Shown piece by piece: positions 18,478 through 28,300 of a stretch of 64,000 nucleotides of DNA. Position 1 is the stretch's first letter. Each line of letters begins with the position of its first letter. Made by a program: the position numbers and the translations under genes. Source of the DNA: a virus; IMG/VR virus record IMGVR_UViG_3300023176_002545; one strand, 5' to 3'. The notes below the pieces were generated by a model that saw only the letters and a list, made by a program, of their open reading frames with translations, was not told the DNA's origin and searched no databases.

Positions 18478-21400
18478 TTATCCTAAGCTCGCAATTTCAC
18501 CGGTATTTTTCAAACGTAGCGGAATGTAAATAAATTCTACTGCTTTTACTGGTTCAATAGCAATATCTACAAAAAGCTGGTTACGGTCAATTCTGCTTGG
18601 TGTGTTGTTTGACTCGTCACATACAACTAAGAAGTCATATAGTGCTCTTTGTCCAACTAGTTCAAGCATCAAACTCTCAACCTGTTGTTTGATCTCATCA
18701 CGTGTGATCTTATCGTTTGGTTCAAAGATATAAGGCTTAGCAAGAGCATTTAGCTGTCTACGTAAGTATACAACAAGTCTTGCAACGTTAATTCTATCTA
18801 GTGCAGAAGCATTTCTTGCACGAGTCTTTTGACCCATACATACAACACCGCTACCTGTAATAAATGTAACTGGGTTAACATTTACATTGTATAGAACATT
18901 ACGCTGACCTTCGTTTAGAGCGATTGTTCTAAATTCGCCTTCAGCATCTACATAACCAACTGCACTTGCATTAGTTACGCCACCACGTCTTGTACCTGCT
19001 GGTGCAAACCATGGATAAGCAACTTGGTCACTTAGTGCAATAGTTCTTAGCATCATATGTGAAGCTGGAACAACAATATTGTTACCAAAGTTATCACTTG
19101 TAATACCACTTGGGTAGTAAACACCTAGGTATTCATCTGAAGTAACAAGACCTGAGTCACTGTCTTCAAATGCACCTTCTACGTTGTTACCCCAGTTGTT
19201 TAGTGATGTACCACTTGAGTTAAGTCTAAATGGAGTGTCACCAACAACAAATGCTGTTAAGCCTCTGTCTACGTTTAGTGAAACCATTTCGCCAATTAGC
19301 TCTGGGTAACCTGGGCAAGAAATTAGGTTGTAGTTTAGACCTTCTTCATCACGCATACGTTCGTTGCTGTTAACTAGAGCTTGTAGTGCTCTTACAACAA
19401 CTTTACGCTGTGCTTTACGTCCAAACGCACCTGAACCGTCTTCGTTGTTTGTTGAAACTGTTACCCAACGATGTGGATAGTAGTTACTCATTGAACTACC
19501 GTCATCTGTACCGCGTTGATTTTCTTCTGTTAGTGGAACATAGTTACGACGGAATTCTTTTACGTTAAATCCGCTTCTACGTGTGTTCCATAGTAGCATA
19601 CCACGTGGGTAAAGTGCTGGATCTGGAGCATCGTGATCTAAGTAGCTGCTTAGTAGTAGCTCTTCAATTGATGCTTGATCTAATCCTGTTGAATTACCAC
19701 CTGATACGCCCCAACGTGCATCAGCAAATAGGATACCGTCTTCAGTTGTTTGGTCTGTGTTATCTAGTAAGAACCAAGTACCTGCTTGAGTATAACGATA
19801 TACTTGTGGGTAGTTTTCTAAGTCTGCTGTGCTAATCCAAATATCGCCTGATTCTAGTGCTGATGTACCATCTTGTCTTACAAATGGCTGTGTAGCACTA
19901 ATGATTGGGCCTGGATATGAAGGATTAACTTCTTTGTATCCTCTCCAGTTAGTACCGTCATGAATCATAATGTCAACTTCGTCAACAATTGAATTGTACC
20001 ATAGAGCACCGTCTGCTGTTAGGCTTGTTGGATTGTCTGGAGTTGATTGTGGTGCAAGATATTTCCATCCACTTGCTACAAGGTTATGTACATCGTCGCC
20101 GCCTGGTGCACCATAAAGGTTAGTAGTACCAACCCCTGCACTTACAAAAGCACTAAAGCCTGCTGTGCTGAATGGAAGGTTAGCACCGTCTCCAATACGG
20201 AAATCACCACCAGTTGCATGTGTAATTACAACTCTGTTGCTATTATCAATGCTTGCTGAAACGTGTAGTAGTCCTAGTGAGTTAATGGATGCTGCAAAAC
20301 GCTCTGCACTTGTTGTTGCATCACCTGAGCCAGTAAAGCTACCTACTTTAGAATGTAGCACTGAACTGTTTGGTCTTGTTTCACTTAGTGTGTAATCATA
20401 TACAACACCGTTAGTAAATGTACTGTTAGCAATAATTGTTGATTTAATGCTTACTGCACCTAGTACTTCTCTACGGAAGATTTTAAATGTTGCTAGTGCA
20501 GGAGTAGCATCAGCACCTAGTGTTTCACCTGCGTTAGTTTGTACATATAGTGTACCAACGCCTAGGTTTGCACCACCTGCTGCTCTGTCTAAGTTATAAA
20601 TTGCATCGTGGTTTGTTGGATACAATGGAGCTGACTGCTCGTCAAATAGTTTTGTTGCATCGTTCCAAATTTTAATACGCCATTTTGCACCACCGTTTGG
20701 ATCAGTTGTTTTAACCCAAACACTACCAGTTGGTTTGTTAACGTCAACGCCGTTGTCTTTCCATTCTGGAACTTGTGTATGTGGTGTCATTTGTAGTGCT
20801 GGTGGAAAATAAGTTCCTGAAGCAACACCAATTGCACTGTTAGCTGCGTCAGCTGCTACAAGTGTACCACTTAGTGTAATACCACTTGCTGTTGCTGTTG
20901 CTGTACCAGTGTTATCTAGTGCATTGCTTACATAAAGTTCAAACTTACCATTTACTACTGCTGCTGATATAACGCTCGACTTACCAGCTGCTGCAATTTG
21001 ACTGTTTACTTCTGTAACAAGTGTTGATAGTGCTTGTGTTCCTGTACCACCAACTGTTGCAGTAATGCTTAAATTTGCTGCACCGTTTACTCCATTAATA
21101 ATTAGAGTATCACCGGACTCTACTGTTGGAGATGATTTTGTGCCGACTACGGTTGGCCAAGCCATAGACCATGCATTTGAACCTACTTCTACCCAAGTAC
21201 CTGCGTTAGCGGCTGATTTATACCACATACGCTTGATTGGATATAGTGTTGTAGCTGTTACTGCATATTCGCCAATTGTACCAATACCTGCTTTAGGTGC
21301 AGTGTTATCCATTTCGGAATCACTTGTAATTACTCTTGGTGTAATTTCTTTAAACTTCTGTCCTCCTGATAATGTAGCAGGAGCATTGTTCCATTCAAAG

Positions 21401-21837
21401 ATACCCCAGCTTGTTGCTGAAGTGTCTAACCAATATGTTCCTGCTTCCGGATCAGCTGCTGGTTCTTCAGCAGTTGCAGTTAATTCAGTTAGGTTTACGT
21501 CTGCACGTACGATGTAAGCTCTGTTAGCTACACCTAAGAAACTGTATGCTGCTTGCAGACCATATTCATTTTGTTCGCCGCCGTGTACTGCTGCACCGCT
21601 TGCATCAGTAATAAAAGTTGGGTCGCCAAATGTTTCTGCAAGTTCTCTTTGTGAAGTAATTGTAAATACTTCTCCAGCATTTGCTTTGGTTGTACCCGCT
21701 GCAATGCCAGTATTTGAACTGTTTGTTTTGTCCTGACCGGACGCAACAATTATAAGTGGTGTTGTACCTGGTTCAGCGGGAGTATAAAAACTCTCGTCAA
21801 TTACGCTAACCTGTACGCCTGGTGATTCTAAAGCCAT
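18478..21837 (-). CDS. gp18: contractile tail sheath protein (gp18-like, enlarged to 1119 aa)
   Basis: N-terminal SPGVQVSVIDES; C-terminal PWFAPAGTRRG, LYNVNVNPV, GQKT, LDRINVARL, FEPND and IEPVKAVEFIYI. Confidence 0.95.
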   Translation of the reverse strand: MALESPGVQVSVIDESFYTPAEPGTTPLIIVASGQDKTNSSNTGIAAGTTKANAGEVFTITSQRELAETFGDPTFITDASGAAVHGGEQNEYGLQAAYSFLGVANRAYIVRADVNLTELTATAEEPAADPEAGTYWLDTSATSWGIFEWNNAPATLSGGQKFKEITPRVITSDSEMDNTAPKAGIGTIGEYAVTATTLYPIKRMWYKSAANAGTWVEVGSNAWSMAWPTVVGTKSSPTVESGDTLIINGVNGAANLSITATVGGTGTQALSTLVTEVNSQIAAAGKSSVISAAVVNGKFELYVSNALDNTGTATATASGITLSGTLVAADAANSAIGVASGTYFPPALQMTPHTQVPEWKDNGVDVNKPTGSVWVKTTDPNGGAKWRIKIWNDATKLFDEQSAPLYPTNHDAIYNLDRAAGGANLGVGTLYVQTNAGETLGADATPALATFKIFRREVLGAVSIKSTIIANSTFTNGVVYDYTLSETRPNSSVLHSKVGSFTGSGDATTSAERFAASINSLGLLHVSASIDNSNRVVITHATGGDFRIGDGANLPFSTAGFSAFVSAGVGTTNLYGAPGGDDVHNLVASGWKYLAPQSTPDNPTSLTADGALWYNSIVDEVDIMIHDGTNWRGYKEVNPSYPGPIISATQPFVRQDGTSALESGDIWISTADLENYPQVYRYTQAGTWFLLDNTDQTTEDGILFADARWGVSGGNSTGLDQASIEELLLSSYLDHDAPDPALYPRGMLLWNTRRSGFNVKEFRRNYVPLTEENQRGTDDGSSMSNYYPHRWVTVSTNNEDGSGAFGRKAQRKVVVRALQALVNSNERMRDEEGLNYNLISCPGYPELIGEMVSLNVDRGLTAFVVGDTPFRLNSSGTSLNNWGNNVEGAFEDSDSGLVTSDEYLGVYYPSGITSDNFGNNIVVPASHMMLRTIALSDQVAYPWFAPAGTRRGGVTNASAVGYVDAEGEFRTIALNEGQRNVLYNVNVNPVTFITGSGVVCMGQKTRARNASALDRINVARLVVYLRRQLNALAKPYIFEPNDKITRDEIKQQVESLMLELVGQRALYDFLVVCDESNNTPSRIDRNQLFVDIAIEPVKAVEFIYIPLRLKNTGEIASLG

Positions 21838-21873
21838 TTTAATTTTCTCCTATGAGCGTTTGTTACTTTATAT

Positions 21874-21880
21874 TATTTAG
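21874..21880 (-). promoter_or_regulatory. late promoter CTAAATA for the sheath-tube operon
   Basis: Upstream of the GGAG RBS and ATG at 21837; a divergent CTAAATA at 21938-21944 precedes the HNH gene. Confidence 0.5.
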
Positions 21881-21948
21881 CACTTTTGTATCAAAACCCA
21901 CTGTTAAACCACTCCAAAAAGGTACCATAAAGGGCAGCTAAATACAAT

Positions 21949-22287
21949 ATGAGACCATTATGCAAGAGTTGTAATAAGAAACCTTCTGCAATTAACTATC
22001 GAAAAGGTAATAAGATCTATTATAGGTCAAAATGTGAAAGTTGTGCAAGGTATGGAGGGCCACGAGGAGTTCCTCTGTGGCAACAACTTGGATATGAAAT
22101 GAAAACTGTGTGCGAGAAGTGTGGTTATAAAAGCAAACACACTGAACAGTTTAATGTATATCATATAGATGGCAATCTACAAAACTGTAGACCAACAAAC
22201 TTAAAAACTATTTGTGCTAACTGTCAGAGAATTCTTCAAAAGGACGGTGTACGTTGGAAACAAGGTGACCTAGTCCCCGACTTCTAA
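21949..22287 (+). CDS. HNH-type, Zn-finger-containing nuclease-like protein
   Basis: Three CxxC pairs plus HIDGN...N...CANC. Confidence 0.75.
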   Translation: MRPLCKSCNKKPSAINYRKGNKIYYRSKCESCARYGGPRGVPLWQQLGYEMKTVCEKCGYKSKHTEQFNVYHIDGNLQNCRPTNLKTICANCQRILQKDGVRWKQGDLVPDF

Positions 22288-22777
22288 AAATAGTTCGCAT
22301 CAGTGTGCTAACATTTCTTTCTAATCTTTTTAAATCGCCGTTGTTGTCAATAGTGTAATCACACATCCATTGTTCAATGCTCATTGAACTAGGATCTTCT
22401 TTAGGCAAATGATCTGAACGATCTACCCAAATTGCATAGTCAAATATTTCTTCGTTTTGCATAGCAAAGAATTCACGCTTGTTACGCAAGCCGCAGTATA
22501 TTTGATTTTGAGCAAACAAATTGCGACCAAGTCGTGCTAGATCATCTTTACAATAGTCATGAATCATATTATACCATTCTGTACGATGATTGTGCCTATC
22601 TGCGTAGCACTCTTCTTCGTTAGAGTAGCCGTACTTGTCTTTTAAATCATTGAATATAAACAGTTCTGAACAGAACTTAGAACTTGATTGAAAAGTATAT
22701 CCATACTTTTCTAACATTTCACAGACAGTATCTTTGCCATGACGACCATGGCCTACTACTAATAATTTGGGCAACAC
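22217..22777 (-). CDS. deoxynucleoside monophosphate kinase-like P-loop protein
   Basis: VVGHGRHGKDT P-loop, YCGLR..REF, and IDNNG near the C-terminus. Confidence 0.7.
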   Translation of the reverse strand: MLPKLLVVGHGRHGKDTVCEMLEKYGYTFQSSSKFCSELFIFNDLKDKYGYSNEEECYADRHNHRTEWYNMIHDYCKDDLARLGRNLFAQNQIYCGLRNKREFFAMQNEEIFDYAIWVDRSDHLPKEDPSSMSIEQWMCDYTIDNNGDLKRLERNVSTLMRTIFRSRGLGHLVSNVHRPFEEFSDS

Positions 22778-22806
22778 AGTAGATAATCTCCTTAACTATA
22801 CTGTGT

Positions 22807-22835
22807 ATTATATGTTCAACTAGAACGCTTGTCAA
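22807..22835 (-). promoter_or_regulatory. perfect consensus sigma70 promoter
   Basis: On the minus strand TTGACA-17 nt-TATAAT upstream of the kinase. It shares TTGACAAGCG with the gp32 promoter. Confidence 0.85.
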
Positions 22836-23010
22836 GCATTTTTTTATATGCTTCTTCAAAACCTTCTTCGTGAACACAATTTTCGTGATTGCCCCAAAGA
22901 CGTTTAAAATATCCGTCTGCACATTCTAATATTGTTCTTTCTGGAGCGTTGAGGTGGCCTTTAACAATCCAAAAAAGCCTGTGGGCTTCTTTGTATTCAG
23001 CCTCTGACAT
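22816..23010 (-). CDS. hypothetical protein (64 aa)
   Basis: TAATG-coupled to the neck gene. Confidence 0.6.
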   Translation of the reverse strand: MSEAEYKEAHRLFWIVKGHLNAPERTILECADGYFKRLWGNHENCVHEEGFEEAYKKMLDKRSS

Positions 23011-23768
23011 TAGCCAATAATAAACCCGTAGCCGTTACCGCCAGCAATGTTCATTTTAACTTCTTCTTCAAGTTTTTCCATTTCAGCAGTTGCTTCTGCT
23101 TTAAGTGCATCACCGTTAAGTGTTGATCCACCTTGTGGACCTGCAATAGTAGCAAACTTTGAACGTGCTTCGCCTAGCATAAATTTACAAGCAGCAAGTG
23201 TATAATCTTTAAGCCACTGCTTTGCATATGTATCAGTTAATAGTGAAATGTCTGGTTTATAATTGTATGTGTATACTAGTACTTCTTCTTCGGTTCTTGG
23301 ACGTTGTAATATTGTAAGTTGTTTGTTATTGTTGTTATACTTAAATTCAATAAAACTACCAAACATACGTCCTACAAGTTCTTGATAACCTGAAAATAGT
23401 TCGTATGTTAATAAGCCGCCAATTGAACTTGAACTTAGTAGATATGTATTTGTGTATGCAAGGTTGAATGGTTCAAACAATGTGCCGCCATCACCGCCGC
23501 CACTGCGTGATCCAATTGAACGTCTATACATTTTGCGAACTTCAATTACTTCGTCTGGCAATGTATATACGTTTTGATCTGTAACCAAAGTTAAAAAACT
23601 ATAACTTTCTTCTACTGCATGATCTGAACGCTGTCTATATCTAGTTAGAGCTTTTTCTAGTGCAATTTCATAATGCCTTGGATCAAGTTCAACATCAACC
23701 ATGCCTCCGCCAAGCATAGCGTCTACATAGTCAAATATTTTACTTTTTTCTTCGGTTAAGTTTGCCAT
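23010..23768 (-). CDS. gp13: neck/head-tail connector protein (gp13-like)
   Basis: LGGGMVDVELD, ...Y.LPDEVIEV, WLKDY.LA..K.MLGEAR.KF..I.GPQGG.TLNGD.L..EA..E motifs. Confidence 0.8.
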   Translation of the reverse strand: MANLTEEKSKIFDYVDAMLGGGMVDVELDPRHYEIALEKALTRYRQRSDHAVEESYSFLTLVTDQNVYTLPDEVIEVRKMYRRSIGSRSGGGDGGTLFEPFNLAYTNTYLLSSSSIGGLLTYELFSGYQELVGRMFGSFIEFKYNNNNKQLTILQRPRTEEEVLVYTYNYKPDISLLTDTYAKQWLKDYTLAACKFMLGEARSKFATIAGPQGGSTLNGDALKAEATAEMEKLEEEVKMNIAGGNGYGFIIG

Positions 23769-23778
23769 AAATCAATCC

Positions 23779-25317
23779 TTACGCTGCAAATGTAGCATTA
23801 GTTATTTGCACACAGAATGTTGCTAATAAGTTTGCTCTGTTTGTAGTCACTCCGTTTTCAATAATTGGAATTGCTTTTAGATGTCTTTGATCAATACCAT
23901 TAAGTGTTGAAATTCCATTTGGTGTTACATCGCTGTGAGCTGAATATAGTTCGTCAACAACAATCAAATATTTACTTGACGGAGAAATATGTGGGTGTAT
24001 AGTGTAGTTTGCATTAGTTGCATAACCTGCACCAGTTTCAATATAGCCAACTACAAGTGCCCAGTGACCAACACTGTCTTCAAAGTCATCTGCTCCACCT
24101 ACATAATAGTTTTCGTTGTTAGGTCCTGATGTTGTAAGTGTACCCCAATCGTAAAATTTAATAGGTAAGCTCTTACATAGGCTTGCTCCGCCTACTGTTT
24201 CAGGAGCAAGTTTATTTGCAGGAGTAGTTTTTTCTGTAATGTTCCAATGTCTAAAACATGCAAAGAAAGGACGATTGTTTGCAATTTCATCTCTAACAGT
24301 TTGGAAGTTAGTGTCAAAGTTTTCCATCAATGTTGATGCATACCCTTCGTTTGCAAGTGGATCTGGAAATATATCTTGTGTGTTATAACTAATTGAAGCA
24401 TCTGTTGCTTGCAATGCACCTTCGCCAATATGGTTTAACCAAGCACGGAAACCTAGTACAAAATTCCCAATACTTGTACCATAAGTTACTGCGGCATTTA
24501 ATGCAGCACAATCAGCTGCACCAGTACCATTAGTACCAATATACCAACCAAAGTCTGTAACATTGCTCGATGCTTGTGTTGCGTGTGTTACAGTGTTTGC
24601 AGGTCTTGCAGCATCATAGCAATGATCTAACCACTGTGCATCACCTTGTACATATGTGCCTGTGCTTGGATAGTCTGCACCATCACCAAATGTACTAAAT
24701 GGACCGTAACGGTTTTCTATAAATCCTAAGTAGTTTGAACATGCTGTTGGACCACTCCAACCATACACTGCTTCTTGTGCTACGTTAACTGTATCATAGT
24801 TGTATGGATTATCCCACATTGCTGGTTGATAATCGCAAGTTACTAATTGTACGTTGTTAGCAGCCATTTCTGTTTCACTAGGACGTAGTCTACGGTAATT
24901 TAAGTTAGTACCTGCACTAGAAGTATTAGTGTCCCAACGAGAATTTGTGCCATCATACACAAATAATGTTTCTAAATTTTTATCATCTAATACTAACGTT
25001 TTGTTATCGCCTAAGAATGTGTTAACATATGTACCATCTGGAACTACACCAGTAGTTCTAAAGTCAATAGGATGACTTGCTCTTACACTCACTGCGTTAG
25101 TAAGATGTCCGTAGCCTTTTACTATAATTCTTACTGTATCTCCATCTGCTGGTGTTGCAGCTAGTGTTACAGCAAATCCTGGTAAGTAATCATTTAGTGT
25201 ATCATTGCCTGCTCTTACAGCAGAGTCAACAATAATAGTATCACCATTACCTGCTGCGTAAGAGTCTTCAACTGTTTTTGTTTTACTTGCTGCGTTTCTT
25301 ATTTCTGCTAAAAACAT
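23779..25317 (-). CDS. structural-region protein with an N-terminal fibre-associated domain and a papain/C39-like C-terminal domain
   Basis: N-terminal TLAATPADGDTVRII resembles the C-terminal domain of the neighbouring fibre. Later GWSGPTA and GHWALVVGY resemble C39-like catalytic segments. Confidence 0.5.
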   Translation of the reverse strand: MFLAEIRNAASKTKTVEDSYAAGNGDTIIVDSAVRAGNDTLNDYLPGFAVTLAATPADGDTVRIIVKGYGHLTNAVSVRASHPIDFRTTGVVPDGTYVNTFLGDNKTLVLDDKNLETLFVYDGTNSRWDTNTSSAGTNLNYRRLRPSETEMAANNVQLVTCDYQPAMWDNPYNYDTVNVAQEAVYGWSGPTACSNYLGFIENRYGPFSTFGDGADYPSTGTYVQGDAQWLDHCYDAARPANTVTHATQASSNVTDFGWYIGTNGTGAADCAALNAAVTYGTSIGNFVLGFRAWLNHIGEGALQATDASISYNTQDIFPDPLANEGYASTLMENFDTNFQTVRDEIANNRPFFACFRHWNITEKTTPANKLAPETVGGASLCKSLPIKFYDWGTLTTSGPNNENYYVGGADDFEDSVGHWALVVGYIETGAGYATNANYTIHPHISPSSKYLIVVDELYSAHSDVTPNGISTLNGIDQRHLKAIPIIENGVTTNRANLLATFCVQITNATFAA

Positions 25318-25321
25318 TATA

Positions 25322-28300
25322 TTAATTCTCCGTTAGTATCCAACCCTGTTCTGCGTTATAGTAAACAAGTCCAAAAGCAGCACGATCTGTTTGAATAACT
25401 AGGTTATCGGCTCTGCCTTGTATATTGTGCCCATTTCTTGCTATGGTAATATTAAATAGACTTGCTGTTCCAAATCCATCTATTACTCTTATTTCGTCAC
25501 CTAGTTCTGCTACAGCAGGAAGGGTGATTGTTACACCTCCTGTAACACTAGTATCAACAATATAAGCACTACCTGCTTCAGCTGTAACATTAGTTATCAG
25601 TTCTGTCCAGCCTCTAGATAGTTTTCCTGTTTTAACAACATTTGTAGTAACGTTTGCGTTAACAACATCACCAACAACAGTACCATCAATATCATTAATA
25701 ATTTGTGTACTGTCTTGTGCAAATACTGAACCAGTTATGTCACCTCTAATATTGTTAGAAACAATATCGCCAACATATAGATTAGCATATCTAAATGTAG
25801 CACTACCGATGTCGCCGTCTAGATCAAACTCTGGAATAAAGTTTACACCAGTTCTAGTATTAACAGTGTCAAATATATCTACTGTACCTGCAAGTGATGT
25901 ATTACCGTCAACGTAGAATTGCTCAGTAGCACCTATAGTAAATCTAAATCCGTCACTTAGTGTAGCTGGAGTAAAGAATACTGCACTACCTTGTTTTTGT
26001 ATTGTAACATCATCGTTAGCAATACGACCTTTGATTTCACCAGTTAGACCATCAACCATTACGCTTGAATCGTCTGCAAATACAGAACCTTTCAAGTCGC
26101 CTGCTAGTGTAGCAAATGTACTTCCGTTAGTCCATTCCGTGCCGTTCCATTGCAGTACATCGCCTACTGCTGGTGCACCTAGTGTGACTCCACTTAGATC
26201 ATCGATAGTTTTAAGTCCAAACTCAGTATTAAACCTTGCGTTTGTGAAATAGTAGTTAGCAATACCTTCTGCTAGATCGTCTGTTGTTTTTAAACTTAAA
26301 CTGTTGTCAAATCTAGTTTCAGTCCAATACAAGTTACTTGTACCTTCAGCAATATCACTTGATAGTAAGTTGCTTAATCTATAATCAAAGTCTTGGTTAA
26401 AGTAAGTTGTTTGATAGTATCTGTTTGAATTACCTTCTGCTAAGTTATCTGTTGATATTGCTAGTAAATTAGAAGTAAAGTTGGCATCGCCTCTTGCTTC
26501 AGTCCAATAAAGGTTATTGTTTCCTTCTGCTACTCCGTCAGTTGTTAGGCCGCCGCCAATTCTAATTAATTGCTGCCAAGAACCACCAACTGCAACATAT
26601 GCTTCGCCATCTGCTTGTACTACTGCAAACATACCTGCATAAGTTGTTGCACTTGGTAGGTCTGCTGTTGTTGCATAATAACTTCTAATTTTGTTAGTTG
26701 AACTTGTTAATTCAATTGTTGCACTTGGACTTGTAATACTACCGTTTAAGTTACCTTCAAATGTTGATGCAACTACAGTGTCAGAACCAAATGACCATTT
26801 GTCAACTGCTTCATCCCATACAAATTGTTTAACACCGTCGTCTCCTCTGCGTACTTCAATACCAGAATTTAATGATGGTGTGCCAGTTGTAACATTTGAG
26901 TTAAGTGTAATAATGTTATCTTCAACTAATAACTGTTGTGTGTCAATAGTTGTAGTTGTACCTTGTACAGTTAAGTTTCCGCTAACAGTTAAGTTAAGGA
27001 ATGTTGGACTTGCATTTGTTGCAACATCTTGTCCAACAGCAATTACACCAGTTGTACTGTTATAAATTACACCTGTACCTGCACTCAACGAAGCTCTTGC
27101 TCTTGCTGCTGTATGGTACAAATTAGTTGCACCTTGTGCTTCTGAAATTTCGTCAGTTACAGTTGGTACTGTTGGTGTGTTTGTAAAGTTTGTATAATCT
27201 AAGAAGTAACTTGGTGATTGACCATTTAGATTTTGTACTTCGCCAAACTCGTTAATAATAACATCGCCATATTCATTTTCAACATGATAAGCATTTAGTC
27301 CACCTAAAATATAGTTACCTGTCAGTGTTGATTCGATAGTGCCACTTGATGTAAAGTTACCGCTAACTGATAGATTGTTAAATGATGAAGTGTTTGTACT
27401 TGTAACATCACCACTCAATGTACCGTTAACGCTACCGTTCAAACTACCAGTAAAGAAACCTTCAAAGCTCAAGTTTTGACTTGGACTTGTAGGATCTGCT
27501 CTAACAAGCATTGGTAGTGAACTATAGAATTGGAGGCTTGTTCCTTCAATTCTTGTTGCACCAAGTGTTGCTAGTGGACCACCTCTTATTGATCCACCTG
27601 CTCCAAATAGTAATTGTGTATTGTTGTTAACATTAATAGTTGTGCCACTTGACGATCCAATTGTATCGGTAAGTGTTTCACTGTTGGAAACATCGCCTAA
27701 AATTTTGTTTGATATTGCATCAACAAGTATTGTTGAGTCATCGCCAAATACAGAACCTTTAACATCACTACCCCAAATTGCAGTTGAAATATCTGCAAAT
27801 TCTACAGCATCGCCTGTTGCGTTTACAGCAAGGAATTTGTTGCTGAACCCTGCAAATGAGCTTGGTGTATCTGTTAGTCCTAAGAATGTTGTAGAACCTC
27901 CTGTACCACCACCTGTTGCTTCAATTGTTAGTGTGTTTGCTACATCATCATATGTAAGGTTAATACCTGTACCTGCATTTACAAGTGTGCTAACACGATC
28001 GTCTACACGCTCGTCTGTATACCATTTGTTAATAAGTCCTTCTGACAAATCGTCAGTAGTCTTAGTACTAAACATTATGTTCCAGTCAGCTTGTGTAAAC
28101 TTGTCTAGAATATAAATGGTGCCAGTCATTCCTGGATAGAATTGACTTATGTAATATAGTGTATCTGGTGCATCTTGTGGAACAGTAAATGTAATAGTTC
28201 CGCTGTCAGTTCCATTACCAGTTACACCGTCAGTGTATGCATTGGTAGTTCCTGTGGTTGCTGATGTCTTAATATAGAACGGACTACCTGTTGTGCTTAT

